Shown here in pieces: positions 10,543-20,311 of a stretch of DNA of 64,000 bases. The stretch's first letter is position 1; each line of letters opens with the position of its first letter. Under the pieces are notes generated by a model. The model was not told where the DNA came from. It ran no database searches and saw only the letters and a program-made list of their open reading frames with translations. A program made the position numbers and the translations under genes. Source of the DNA: an uncultured Verrucomicrobiae bacterium (GTDB taxonomy: Bacteria > Verrucomicrobiota > Verrucomicrobiia > Opitutales > JABDGR01); NCBI GenBank assembly GCA_963765205.1, contig CAVXVB010000005.1:32001-96000 (forward strand), written 5' to 3'.

Positions 10543-12121
10543 GGCAATGTTGCCCAAATCCGGTCAACGGTGGCTTCAATCCGCAATGATGGCATGTAAG
10601 ATGCTGTATTGTAGGACATCATGATGGGAATAAACGATCCGCAGAAGCAACTGTTCAACTACAACGTGGATTTAGACCGTCGGGTGCGGCGGGACAATCC
10701 ACTGCGAGCAATCCGGGAGAAGATCGACTTTGCCTGGGTGCGCGACGAGGTGGCGCACTGCTACGGCTACAATGGGAACGAATCGGTGGACCCGGTCGTG
10801 ATTCTCAAGCTCCTATTTCTGCTTTTCTTCGATGCGGTGAAGAGTGAACGGGAGCTCATGCGCATTGTGCCGGAGCGGCTCGATTATCTATGGTTCCTGG
10901 GCTACGGTCTGGATGACGAGATTCCCGATCATAGCGTCTTGTCCAAGGCGCGGGCGCGCTGGGGCCGCGTGGTGTTCGAGCGACTGTTTGTCCGCACGGT
11001 TTCCCAGTGTGTGGCGCTGGGTCTGGTTGACGGCAAGAAGATCCACATGGACAGCAGCATGGTGGATGCGAACGCTGCGTATGAGTCCTTTGTGGTAACG
11101 TCGCCCGAGTTGGTCAACGCCCTGCGGGCCGCTTACGCGGTCGAGGAGTCCAAGTTTGAAATTGACGAGGAACGCCAATCCCGCCTGCCGAAAAACCGGA
11201 CCAGTTTTTGCCAGACCGATCCAGACGCCACCATTGCCGCCAAGGAGCGGTGCGGCGGCTATTCTGTCGCCAAACCGCGCTACAAAAGCCATCGGGTGGT
11301 GGATGACCAATGCGGCGTCATCACCGCCGTCGAGACCACGCCGGGACACATCTATGATGGGGCCTGCCTGGTGGCGCTGACCGAGCAGCATCACCTCACC
11401 ACCGGCATCGGCGCGCAGACGGTCGTGGCTGACCAGCATTATGGCACCCGCGAAAACATCCGGGCATTACAAGCGCAGGGCATCCGTACCCACATGAAGG
11501 TGATTCGCAACACTGGCCTGACGGACAAGAAAGGCATCTTTCACGCCAGTGACTTCAAGTATGAGCCAGCGACCGACACCTACCGATGTCCCGCCCAACA
11601 AACGCTAACGCGCCGCAGTTACGACCGGTTTCAGCGCGGCTGGCTCTTTCGGCCAGACGCGAGTGTGTGTCGCGCCTGTCCCATCCGGAACCAATGCACC
11701 ACGGCGCGATTGGATGCCCCAACCGGTCGCGTCATCGTTCACCCGGACGGCTACGAACTGGTGGTCAAAGGATGTGCGCAGGCCAACAGTCCCGAAGCCA
11801 AGCGCGACCGACGGCGGCGCATGACGCTGATTGAGGGCAGCTTTGGGCAGGCTTCACAAAACCATCACTTCAAACGCGCCCGCTGGCGGCGACTCTGGCG
11901 CCAGCGCATCCAAGATCACCTCATCGCCGCCGTGCAAAACGTCAAAAAGATACTCCGGCACGGGCCGGAGAACGGCAAATCGACCACAACCAACCCATAC
12001 CCGGCAAGTTCGCCACTTTTTTCGCCGCAGTCACTAACCCTGATCGGTTGGTTTAACAAAATCTTTGCCACACTCTCGCCCGGCTGGAACTGAGTCCGCA
12101 AATCATTCGGGCAACATTGCC
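10543..12121 (+). mobile_element. Complete IS1182-family element
   Basis: Terminal IRs GGCAATGTTGCCCAAAT (10543) and ATTCGGGCAACATTGCC (ends 12121), 16/17 match; 4-bp target duplication AGAA on both sides. Confidence 0.92.
10621..12093 (+). CDS. IS1182-family transposase
   Basis: SVDPV, SERELM, PDHSVLS, MDSS, TDPDA, VADQHY, CPA and C..CP...C Zn motifs, IEGSFG. Confidence 0.92.
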   Translation: MMGINDPQKQLFNYNVDLDRRVRRDNPLRAIREKIDFAWVRDEVAHCYGYNGNESVDPVVILKLLFLLFFDAVKSERELMRIVPERLDYLWFLGYGLDDEIPDHSVLSKARARWGRVVFERLFVRTVSQCVALGLVDGKKIHMDSSMVDANAAYESFVVTSPELVNALRAAYAVEESKFEIDEERQSRLPKNRTSFCQTDPDATIAAKERCGGYSVAKPRYKSHRVVDDQCGVITAVETTPGHIYDGACLVALTEQHHLTTGIGAQTVVADQHYGTRENIRALQAQGIRTHMKVIRNTGLTDKKGIFHASDFKYEPATDTYRCPAQQTLTRRSYDRFQRGWLFRPDASVCRACPIRNQCTTARLDAPTGRVIVHPDGYELVVKGCAQANSPEAKRDRRRRMTLIEGSFGQASQNHHFKRARWRRLWRQRIQDHLIAAVQNVKKILRHGPENGKSTTTNPYPASSPLFSPQSLTLIGWFNKIFATLSPGWN

Positions 12122-12196
12122 AGAAGGTTGCCAAAAATCATGTTTTTTCTTGCATTTTTCAACATTTCAGTGCATCTTGTTTCCAGTTCTAAAACA

Positions 12197-13531
12197 TTAA
12201 CAATCAACTAAGTCCGCGTTATTGAACGACTTAGCTTCGCGGGGGAAATTAAGTTCGAGTCCCTGTTCTCCCACCACTTTCAAAATCGGACAGTCTTGGA
12301 CAACGAGGGACGGCAGTGGATAAACTGCCTCACTTTCAACGGGTTGCGAACCAGATGTTAAGTTTTGAGATTTTTTAGGATGGACATCGATTTCCTTCAA
12401 AACCCCCTTTTGACCACTTTTTAGTGGCTCAGGAAGTGAAACTGGCGCAAGGTTGGGGGTGCCAGCTTTGACGAGGTTTGCCAGCGTTTCGATGCCCTCC
12501 CGCAAGGGGAGTTGGGTGGCGTCGGTGTAGGTCACATCCGTCATCCGCAAGCTTTTGTGCCGGGCGAGTTGCATGATCACGCGGGAGTGAACGCCACGCT
12601 TTTGCAGGTGGCTGATGAAAGTCCGGCGAAAAGTATGAAATCCGGCAGCGCGCCCAAGGTCATCTTGATGCTGAATGCCCGCTTTGGCGAAGTCGCGATG
12701 CAGCGTTTCCATATTAGGCGCACCCTTCCAGAACACCCGAGTTTCGGGCTTGGCGAAGACCGGGCGAGCCGCACGAAACTCCGGCACCAGGTCTTTCAGG
12801 ATGGGAAGCCAGTCGGCCCGGCGGCTCTTGGTTGCCTCGGGGCGCAGGAACAGGCCCGGATTGTCGCCGTCCAGGCGGACATCGGCCCAAATCAAACGGC
12901 TGGCCTCTTTGTGGCGCAGGCCCGTTAAGGCCAAGAGACGATAGAAAAACCGACGGCGAGGCGCAGCCGCGTAGAGCCGGCTTAGCTCATCCTCAGTAAA
13001 TGCGCGGGGACCATCGGAGGACGGCTGCGGCACGCGCAGCTTTTGGAGGTGTTTGAGCGGGTTGGGGGTTTGATAGGTGCGTTCAGCCCAATTGAGAAAG
13101 ACGCGCATGGCGTCGAGGAAATGGTTTTGATAGCGAACGCTGAACCCGTGGTTCGAATTTCGCCAGTCGAGGAGGCTTTTTGGGGTTATATCGCTCAATG
13201 TCTTCCAGCGGCAGTATTTTACGATCTGCGGGAAGCGAAGCCGGAGATTGTTTAAGTAATCCACCGAAACCTCGGATTTGCGTTTCTCCTTCATGAATTC
13301 TTCAAACAATTCCAGGAGAGGCCGCTTCATGGCCGAACGAGTTACCTTGCCTGGGATCAGCCCGGCGTCTTCCTTCTGGGCGTCCTCGTAGGCTTCATTA
13401 AGGCGCTTTTCCGCGACCTCCTTGACGGTGGTATACAGCGCAACCTCGTGGATTTTGGGATTGTCGCCGACGCGGAAGCGGCCGCGGTATTCCCGGCGTT
13501 TGCCCTTTGGTTTGAGTAGAAATTTAAGCAT
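12197..13531 (-). CDS. Tyrosine recombinase/integrase
   Basis: Catalytic pattern TGLR..E, TKSR, HTFRR, ARH, Y; the C-terminus reads through the att core. Confidence 0.9.
   Translation of the reverse strand: MLKFLLKPKGKRREYRGRFRVGDNPKIHEVALYTTVKEVAEKRLNEAYEDAQKEDAGLIPGKVTRSAMKRPLLELFEEFMKEKRKSEVSVDYLNNLRLRFPQIVKYCRWKTLSDITPKSLLDWRNSNHGFSVRYQNHFLDAMRVFLNWAERTYQTPNPLKHLQKLRVPQPSSDGPRAFTEDELSRLYAAAPRRRFFYRLLALTGLRHKEASRLIWADVRLDGDNPGLFLRPEATKSRRADWLPILKDLVPEFRAARPVFAKPETRVFWKGAPNMETLHRDFAKAGIQHQDDLGRAAGFHTFRRTFISHLQKRGVHSRVIMQLARHKSLRMTDVTYTDATQLPLREGIETLANLVKAGTPNLAPVSLPEPLKSGQKGVLKEIDVHPKKSQNLTSGSQPVESEAVYPLPSLVVQDCPILKVVGEQGLELNFPREAKSFNNADLVDC
12253..12280 (+). repeat. Attachment core, tRNA 3'-end duplicate
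   Basis: GTTCGAGTCCCTGTTCTCCCACCACTTT contains a T-loop and CCA end; near-identical copy at 21731. Confidence 0.8.
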
Positions 13532-13739
13532 AAGATTCACCTTTGCCTTTGGCGATTTGACGTTGGATGTATTTATGCACTTCCGAGGGCAGAACATGGC
13601 GGCCAGCCCCAATTTTGAAGCTGGGCAAATGGCCCTGGCTGATCAGGCGGCGAACCGTTTTGACGCTTTTACGCAGCAGTTTCGCCACCTCTGCTAGAGT
13701 AAGCGGCGGCTCAAAGTTGGTGGGAAGGGGAGTGTTCAT
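13524..13739 (-). CDS. Excisionase-like HTH DNA-binding protein
   Basis: LTLAEVAKLL..SVKTVRRLI..G.LPSFKIG; directly upstream of the integrase. Confidence 0.85.
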   Translation of the reverse strand: MNTPLPTNFEPPLTLAEVAKLLRKSVKTVRRLISQGHLPSFKIGAGRHVLPSEVHKYIQRQIAKGKGESYA

Positions 13740-14143
13740 GGTTTGGCTTTGTCTTTTTTGCTTTTGGCTTTCTTGGGGAGAGTGGGCGGTAATTCGAAAT
13801 CAACCGGCACAGCGTTTGGCTCAAGGAAGGTTGTCTCCGCCATCTCATGCTCATCCTTTGCATCTTGCATATTTTCTTCTTCCTCGTGCGCATCATCTAC
13901 GCCAAGCGCGACAGGATCGGCCGTCAAAATGTACACCACCTGACTGCGATTTACTTCAATTCCCAGGGTTTCCGTAGCCCATAGGGCGATTTCACGAAAC
14001 GAGTATCCTTTGTCGCGCATTTTTTGTAATGCGCCTTGGTAGTTACGCAGGTTGATCTTCGGCGGCATGTCTGCCGCGATTTCAAAAGCTTCGTCTGGCG
14101 AAGGCGGCCTCGCATCGCTTTCTTGTTCTTGTTCATTATTCAT
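13736..14143 (-). CDS. Hypothetical protein (possible HTH)
   Basis: MRDKGYSFREIA motif; coupled to xis by an ATGA overlap. Confidence 0.6.
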   Translation of the reverse strand: MNNEQEQESDARPPSPDEAFEIAADMPPKINLRNYQGALQKMRDKGYSFREIALWATETLGIEVNRSQVVYILTADPVALGVDDAHEEEENMQDAKDEHEMAETTFLEPNAVPVDFELPPTLPKKAKSKKDKAKP

Positions 14144-14543
14144 CGTTTTTATACGATATTAAACAGTCCAGTCGCTTGCAAGCATAAATTTCATCTTTTT
14201 TACGCTCGGCCCGGTTGCCGGGTGGACCGCGAGCTCGCGGGGCGGCTACGTTCCACCCGGCAACCCTGCCTCGCTATAGCCCGCCTGACGCAGACCGTGC
14301 ATTATATCGCAAATTGCCCTGGGCGACATAACGCACGGACTGCGCTTAACCGGCGGCTAAAACACTTTCCCTTGCCTTTGTGGCTGTGTTCCGTTGGCCT
14401 GATGACAGCCAATCTGTCCCTTGCCGCCTGCGGATTGCCGGTGCTTCGAGGAAATTGACGAGAGTGGATTCCTGGCCCCACGCGCGCTTCTTTGTGAATA
14501 ACTTCCGCTTGATTCATTAGATGCCCATTTGTTCACTTATAGA

Positions 14544-16108
14544 ATGGGGGCCAGTTATCGCGCCAGACGACCGCGGGCTTCGCCTTGGTGGCAATGCCTC
14601 CACGCCTGCCTTGGTGATTTTCTGGCTAACTATCCCACACACTACGAAAAGGCCTCTGGCCCCTTGCGCCCGGTTGTGGCGACCAGTCTGCGCGCTTTTC
14701 TGCGCTGCGGCGACCTCGCCCAAGGCTTTGCCCGCATCCGCTGTGCGGATTGCGCCCACGAATACCTGCTCCCTTCACCTGCAAGAAACGCGGCGCCTGC
14801 CCGTCCTGCCACCAACGGCGCAGCGTGGACGCCGCCCACGTCATCGCCGGCGAAATCTGCGCGCCCGTGCCGCACCGGCAGATCGTCCTGACCGTGCCCC
14901 GCGCCTTGCGCTGGCCCTTCCGGCGCCATCGTGAACACCTCGCCCTGCTCTTCGCCGCCGCGCACGAATCCCTCCTGCTCTGGTTGCGCGAACGCACCGG
15001 CCAGCCCGCCGGCCAAATCGCCACCATCGCCGGCCTCCACACCTTTGGCGATTACCTGGTCTTTCATCCCCACCTGCACATTCTCGCCGCCAACGGGGTG
15101 TTCGACGAATCCGGCGCCTTTCACCTCGCCCCCAGCGGAGGGGGAGCCGACCTCGCCGAACTCTTTCGCCATGCCATCCTGCGCCGGTTCGTGGACGCCG
15201 GCGTCATCGAAGCCTGGCAGGCGCACCGCTTCCTCTCCTGGCGGCACAGCGGTTTTCAAGTGGATGTCGGTGAAGCCCCCCTCGCCGCGGACGATGCCGC
15301 TGGCCGCCAACGCCTGGCCGAATACCTCCTGCGCGCTCCGCTCGCGCTGGACAAGATGCACTGGAACCCCGCCACCCGCTCCGTCCTCTACCGCTCCGCG
15401 CGCAGTTGGCATACCAAGCGCAACTATGAAATCTTCTCCGGGGCCGACTTCGTCGCCGCCCTCGCCGAACACATCCCCGAAAAATCCAACCAACTGATCC
15501 GTTACTATGGCCGCTACAGCAACAAATGCCGGGGCCGCGAGGCGAAGGCCACCGCCGCGCGCGCTCCCTGGGCTGGGGAACGGCCCGCGGCGGTCATTCC
15601 GCCAGCGCCCATCCGCCCCCGCCGACGCACGTGGCGCGCGCTCCTTATCCGCGTGTGGGGAACCGACCCGCTCCGCTGTCCCTGTTGCGGCGGCCAGATG
15701 CAAAATATTGGCCTCATCAAAAAACCCACGGCCATCCGCGATTGGCTCACCCGCCTCGGTCTCTGGGAAGGCATCAGCGCCATCCCTCCCGCCCACGCCC
15801 CGCCGCTGCCCGTCAAAACCATCCTCTGGGGCGTGGACACCTGGGACAGCCGCATCGTGGAATTTGAACCCGGCATGGAAATGGTTGGCCTGCCCGACCG
15901 CCACCGCCAGCACAAATCCCCCGGCGAGCGCTACCGCACCTACCCCCGCGAAGAATGGGACGAGCCGAGTCTGGAAACACACGAGGCCGACGAAAGCCAG
16001 GAGCAACCCTGGCAACCTCCGGCCCAACCGCGTGAAGGCGGCCTGCTCCTCATCTTTGATGGCGACCCGCCGCCCTCGGACGACCTCCCTGTCTTCTGGA
16101 CCGATTAG
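14544..16108 (+). pseudogene. IS91-family (Y2 HUH) transposase, frameshifted
   Basis: LRCGDLAQGFARIRCADC then FTCKKRGACPSC in another frame (one base missing near 14772); HRQIVLTVP, LHTFG...HPHLH, WRHSGF, YLLR, RYYGRYSN, DPLRCPCC. Confidence 0.85.
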
Positions 16109-16312
16109 TCGAACCCCGGGTTGCGCCCAAAATCGTCGTCTCAACCCTGAGACGGAGGCGGAGCCAGGCTTGCCCACGGACAAATACCCTTGCCACCCGC
16201 TCACCAACTGCCCATTTTGCGAGCCATGAAGCGGCCATGCATGAAACGACGCTGCTGCAATCTTCATCCCGCTTTATTTGGGGGACTTAACGGGGCCTAT
16301 CCGTCCTCCCCC

Positions 16313-16418
16313 TTAACCCCCTCCCCCAAACCCAATCAACCCCAAAAGAGCAAATTCCTTTCAGTTTAACCCCCTCCCCCAAACCCAATCAACCCCAAAA
16401 GAGCAAATTCCTTTCAGT
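16313..16418 (+). repeat. Two tandem copies of a 53-bp repeat (candidate IS91 ori end)
   Basis: TTAACCCCCTCCCCCAAACCCAATCAACCCCAAAAGAGCAAATTCCTTTCAGT at 16313 and 16366. Confidence 0.95.
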
Positions 16419-16549
16419 AATCAAGGTACTTTGGATGCAAACTGGGCCGGCCCGGATGACGCTGGAGATATTGATAGTGGTGCTTGTTAATATATGCTTT
16501 TTAAAAAAGAGTAAATGAATCCTTCGAATACCGATCTTTAAATCTGACC

Positions 16550-16876
16550 ATGGGCCCCACTTTTGCTTTTCTTGCCTTCCTGAACACCATGTCGCCATTC
16601 GTCGGCTCGATCTGGTGGGGCGCGAAAACAGGAGGGGTTCATGGCGCCTTGATCGGTTTGATTGTTGGATTGGGAATTGGTATAAGTAATTTTTTTGGGA
16701 TTAGAGCGATATACAAGATCTGGTGGCGTTGGTATTCGCGTTGCAGAGAAAAAAACGATTCGATGTATTGGCCTGAGAATGTAGGAAGGCTTTTGTTTAT
16801 TGGGTTATTTTTCTGGACGTTTGTATCCGGTCTTTTTGGACTGTTAATTACAACATTAGTGATTAACGCAGTTTGA
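16550..16876 (+). CDS. Small membrane protein
   Basis: Three hydrophobic segments, AT-rich codons. Confidence 0.55.
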   Translation: MGPTFAFLAFLNTMSPFVGSIWWGAKTGGVHGALIGLIVGLGIGISNFFGIRAIYKIWWRWYSRCREKNDSMYWPENVGRLLFIGLFFWTFVSGLFGLLITTLVINAV

Positions 16877-17363
16877 AATGAACCCACGCGCCAACCATAA
16901 CTGGGACAACTACATCCAGAAGTCTAGCGGGAGCACGATGCTGGACCAGGACCGGGAGTCGTCGGTGTTCAACCAGTTGGTGGCGGTGTACAACACGGGG
17001 ACGCCGATAGACGTGGATTACGACGCGGGGGGGCACCTGATCCTCGCGCCGGCGGGCGGGAACTGGAGCACGCTTTTGGGCCTCATCTACGACGCGTAAA
17101 TGAACCCACGCGCCAACCATGGCAGCGGAAGTGCCCCGTGCCACTTTCCAAGATCCGTGCCATTATTTTGCGTCACTGGGTCTAGCTTCTCGGTCGTGAA
17201 CCCATTCTTTTTTCAAATGCGAAGTGGACCTACGTCTGACTCAACACCCCAACGGCTTGCCCTCCTCGGACCGCTTGTCCCGGTGAACCACCCGCATACC
17301 CGGCGGCCTCTTTCATCCGCCGTGGCCCGGTCGAAATTGGTAGGGATGCGACTGCCCAAGCTA

Positions 17364-17416
17364 TTAACCCCCTCCCCCAAACCCAATCAACCCCAAAAGA
17401 GCAAATTCCTTTCAGT
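17364..17416 (+). repeat. 53-bp repeat, copy 3
   Basis: Identical to 16313-16365. Confidence 0.95.
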
Positions 17417-17533
17417 TGACAAAGCGATTCCAGTGGACCCGAGACAGGCCGTTGACGGTTTCGCCGTCAAAGCCATCAATGTCGAGACCCGCCTGATAAC
17501 ATCGGTCACTGTAAGCCGCAGCCTCCGCTTCGC

Positions 17534-17586
17534 TTAACCCCCTCCCCCAAACCCAATCAACCCCAAAAGAGCAAATTCCTTTCAGT
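17534..17586 (+). repeat. 53-bp repeat, copy 4
   Basis: Identical to 16313-16365. Confidence 0.95.
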
Positions 17587-17635
17587 ACCCGGATTCAGGA
17601 AAAATCCACCAGGAGAAACCAGTGAATGGCAATGG

Positions 17636-17664
17636 TTGACCAGCCGGGGCGGACATGCTAGGGT
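17636..17664 (+). promoter_or_regulatory. Putative sigma70 promoter of hicB
   Basis: TTGACC-17 bp-TAGGGT with extended TG, 6 bp before the ATG. Confidence 0.45.
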
Positions 17665-17670
17665 ATCCGC

Positions 17671-17910
17671 ATGGACAAACGATACGCATACACCATTGAA
17701 TTGCATCCCGCCGAGGAGGGCGGTTACGTCGTGACTGTCCCGGCCTTGCCAGGCTGCCACACCCAGGGCGACACCTATGATGAAGCCCTTACGCACGCCG
17801 AGGAAGCCATCCAGGGTTTCATCGAGTTCCTTCAAAAGACCGGACGCCCTGTGCCGGTTGAAAACGAGCATCCATCCAAACTTCGCCTTGGAGTCAAGGT
17901 GGCCGCTTGA
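17671..17910 (+). CDS. hicB: HicB-family antitoxin
   Basis: EEGGYVVTVPALPGCHTQGDTYDEAL..AEEAI. Confidence 0.88.
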   Translation: MDKRYAYTIELHPAEEGGYVVTVPALPGCHTQGDTYDEALTHAEEAIQGFIEFLQKTGRPVPVENEHPSKLRLGVKVAA

Positions 17911-18124
17911 ATATTCAATAAACCCTCTTGTATTATCGGGAGTACCGCCGTATAAGGCGGATGAATTTATCGAAAGCCTTCGACCCCATGCCCGCAAGCA
18001 CTTAAATGCCAGCAGCTTATCGCTTCATAATCTTGGCAAGAAAGGCTTTCGGGCCCCTTTGGTTGGTAAGCATTTCGGATTCTAGCACTATTTTCTTTAG
18101 TAATTGAATTTGGCTGAATGCTTT

Positions 18125-18949
18125 ATGATATCTCGCATACTTTTGGGCATTTCTCTTGTCGCAGCGTTTGTCGTTGTGATTTGGTTAATTTGTAAGTTGC
18201 CATCTTCGGAACCCGTTAGAATCACCTCGATTGTCGCGGTTCCTCCCACCGTGTCACAGCCTAGCAACAACGCGTTTGCGATACCAATGCACCTTGTGTC
18301 CTCGATCGCACCGTCATCTGCTGCCGGTCCCAATAACGCGGTTTTATCGGCAGCCAGCCAGAAACCGATGACGGAACCCACTGTACCGATTCGATTTGCG
18401 GAGGGGCCGGCAGACGGCTCGGAACGAGTCATAGCCGCTGCGAAGGGAAGTGCTTGGATGCCTGTGAAAATCCCAACTGACAATTTGGTAGCCCGGCCTC
18501 CGCTTGCCTACTATCGCATGCAAACTAGATACGACGACTTGGAGGCTTTAACCCCGATGGGGTATTTCTATTTTGTCGAAAGTAATGGTAAGGTTGTCGC
18601 TATCGCCCGGATTAATAATGCCAGCGGGAGTGTATCGCCGTTTGGGGCAGCCAATGTAGATGAAATTCAATGGGCTAAAATAATTGACCAACTGGCAACG
18701 TTCGACCAGGTCAAAGGCGGCTCGTACGAAGTGCGCCTCCTGGCCATACCTACCCCAAATGTGTATTATCGCCAAACCTTCAACGTGCTCTGGCTTAAAT
18801 CCGATCCGGGCGGCACCGATCTCATTTACCAACTCCCCAACAGCGGTCTTTTGAGTTCACCCTACGGCGAGAAGCCGGGCACATTCTACAAGGCCGACGA
18901 TTTTCTAAAAATGATTCGACCTGCAACTGAACAGTTAGACAAAACTTAA
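18125..18949 (+). CDS. Exported/membrane-anchored hypothetical protein (paralog 1)
   Basis: N-terminal TM, Pro/Ser linker; shares PIRFA, GSYE.RLL, WLKSDPGG.DLIY with the next gene. Confidence 0.75.
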   Translation: MISRILLGISLVAAFVVVIWLICKLPSSEPVRITSIVAVPPTVSQPSNNAFAIPMHLVSSIAPSSAAGPNNAVLSAASQKPMTEPTVPIRFAEGPADGSERVIAAAKGSAWMPVKIPTDNLVARPPLAYYRMQTRYDDLEALTPMGYFYFVESNGKVVAIARINNASGSVSPFGAANVDEIQWAKIIDQLATFDQVKGGSYEVRLLAIPTPNVYYRQTFNVLWLKSDPGGTDLIYQLPNSGLLSSPYGEKPGTFYKADDFLKMIRPATEQLDKT

Positions 18950-18971
18950 ATGGATTAATCGAATTTCCACC

Positions 18972-19874
18972 ATGAAATTGCGCATTATTTTGGCTGTTAT
19001 TCTCATTGCCAGCATTGCTAGCGGCGTGGTTTGGTGGCTGGAGCAGTCCCCGGCTGCAGAACCCGAAAAAATAGCCGTCACTCTGAATTCCACCCTTGCG
19101 GCGTCAACGGGTAACTCTACGACCGTGATGCCCGCGCTCAAAGTAGTTGCGCCGGCCACTAGCGAGAATGTATCCTTGCCCGTCCCGTCGGGGATCAAGC
19201 GAGTAGTGATTGCGCCACCACCCATAATGGCCATTATGCCACCCGCAAATATAACCAGCATGCCAGCCAATAGTTTGGAAACGAACGCCACACGCACTGG
19301 ACCGATTCGATTTGCCGTTGCCCCCGTTAACGGCTCGGCGCTAGTCCTCAAGCGCTTGGCTTCAATGGGCACCGAGCCTCGGTACGCTGACCAACTGGGT
19401 GATCCGGCCAAACTGAAGTTGCTACCCCCGCTAGCCACCTATTATTTGCAGTTGAACTTGCTCGACCAAGGTGGCACCTTGGAGAGTGCAGCGCTATTGG
19501 AGGGATTTAATTATGTAGTCCTGTCCTCTGAGCAGGCATTTGCGAATGTAACCGTGGTTGCAAATAATTCTGGCAAAGCACAGAGCCTACGTATGTTGGC
19601 TACCGGCGCTAATATTGGGGACGTACCAAACGCCCTCGATCAACTGCGAATCCTCGACCAACTTCAGTCCGGGTCCTATGAAGCGCGACTCTTAAGTTCG
19701 CCGGGACTCTTCAGGGCGATCTGGCTCAAGTCCGACCCCGGCGGCTCCGATCTGATTTATATTGTCGCGCCCGCACCGCCGCTGGAAGCGGGGAAGTTGT
19801 ATACGGTAGAAGAATTTGTAAAAACTATCCTGATGATGTATCATGATCGTCAAAACCAGAACGGATTCGGTTGA
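18972..19874 (+). CDS. Exported/membrane-anchored hypothetical protein (paralog 2)
   Basis: Same architecture and shared C-terminal motifs as 18125-18949. Confidence 0.75.
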   Translation: MKLRIILAVILIASIASGVVWWLEQSPAAEPEKIAVTLNSTLAASTGNSTTVMPALKVVAPATSENVSLPVPSGIKRVVIAPPPIMAIMPPANITSMPANSLETNATRTGPIRFAVAPVNGSALVLKRLASMGTEPRYADQLGDPAKLKLLPPLATYYLQLNLLDQGGTLESAALLEGFNYVVLSSEQAFANVTVVANNSGKAQSLRMLATGANIGDVPNALDQLRILDQLQSGSYEARLLSSPGLFRAIWLKSDPGGSDLIYIVAPAPPLEAGKLYTVEEFVKTILMMYHDRQNQNGFG

Positions 19875-19972
19875 GCAGGACACCGTCAAACGTGACAATT
19901 CGCCTTCCCGGTGGAACGGATTTCCCTTTGCGCATTGCAGGGGCGCTGGTTCGCGGGTAGGGTGGGGTGCTT

Positions 19973-20311
19973 ATGGCTTTGCTTAGTCTGCTCGATCTCG
20001 ACCTCTCGTTTGGCGGTCCGCTCATCCTGGACAAGGTCAACCTGCAGGCGGACCCCGGCGAGCGCGTGTGCCTCGTGGGGCGCAACGGCGCGGGCAAATC
20101 CACCTTGATGCGCGTCATCGCCGGCGAATTGGCCGCCGACTCCGGCTCGGTGTTCCGGCCCGACGGCTCCGTCGCCACCCGGCTGACCCAGGAGATTCCG
20201 ACCGACGTGCGCGGCACGGTCCACGACATCGTGGCGGCGGGCCTGCGCGACCCCGGCGGGCATGAGGAGGATTGGGAAAAGGACGTGCGCCTCGAAGACT
20301 TGCTCGCGCGC
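19973..20311 (+). pseudogene. 5' fragment of an ABC-F (Uup-like) ATPase truncated by the 53-bp repeat
   Basis: LSFGGPLILD, GERVCLVGRNGAGKSTL, then similarity stops at repeat copy 5. Confidence 0.8.

Noticed and set aside
14642..16267. 541-aa minus-strand ORF
   Set aside because: Antisense shadow of the GC-rich transposase with no recognisable motifs
16419..20311. Integron cassette array
   Set aside because: No attC-like sites recognised and neither integrase shows clear IntI features
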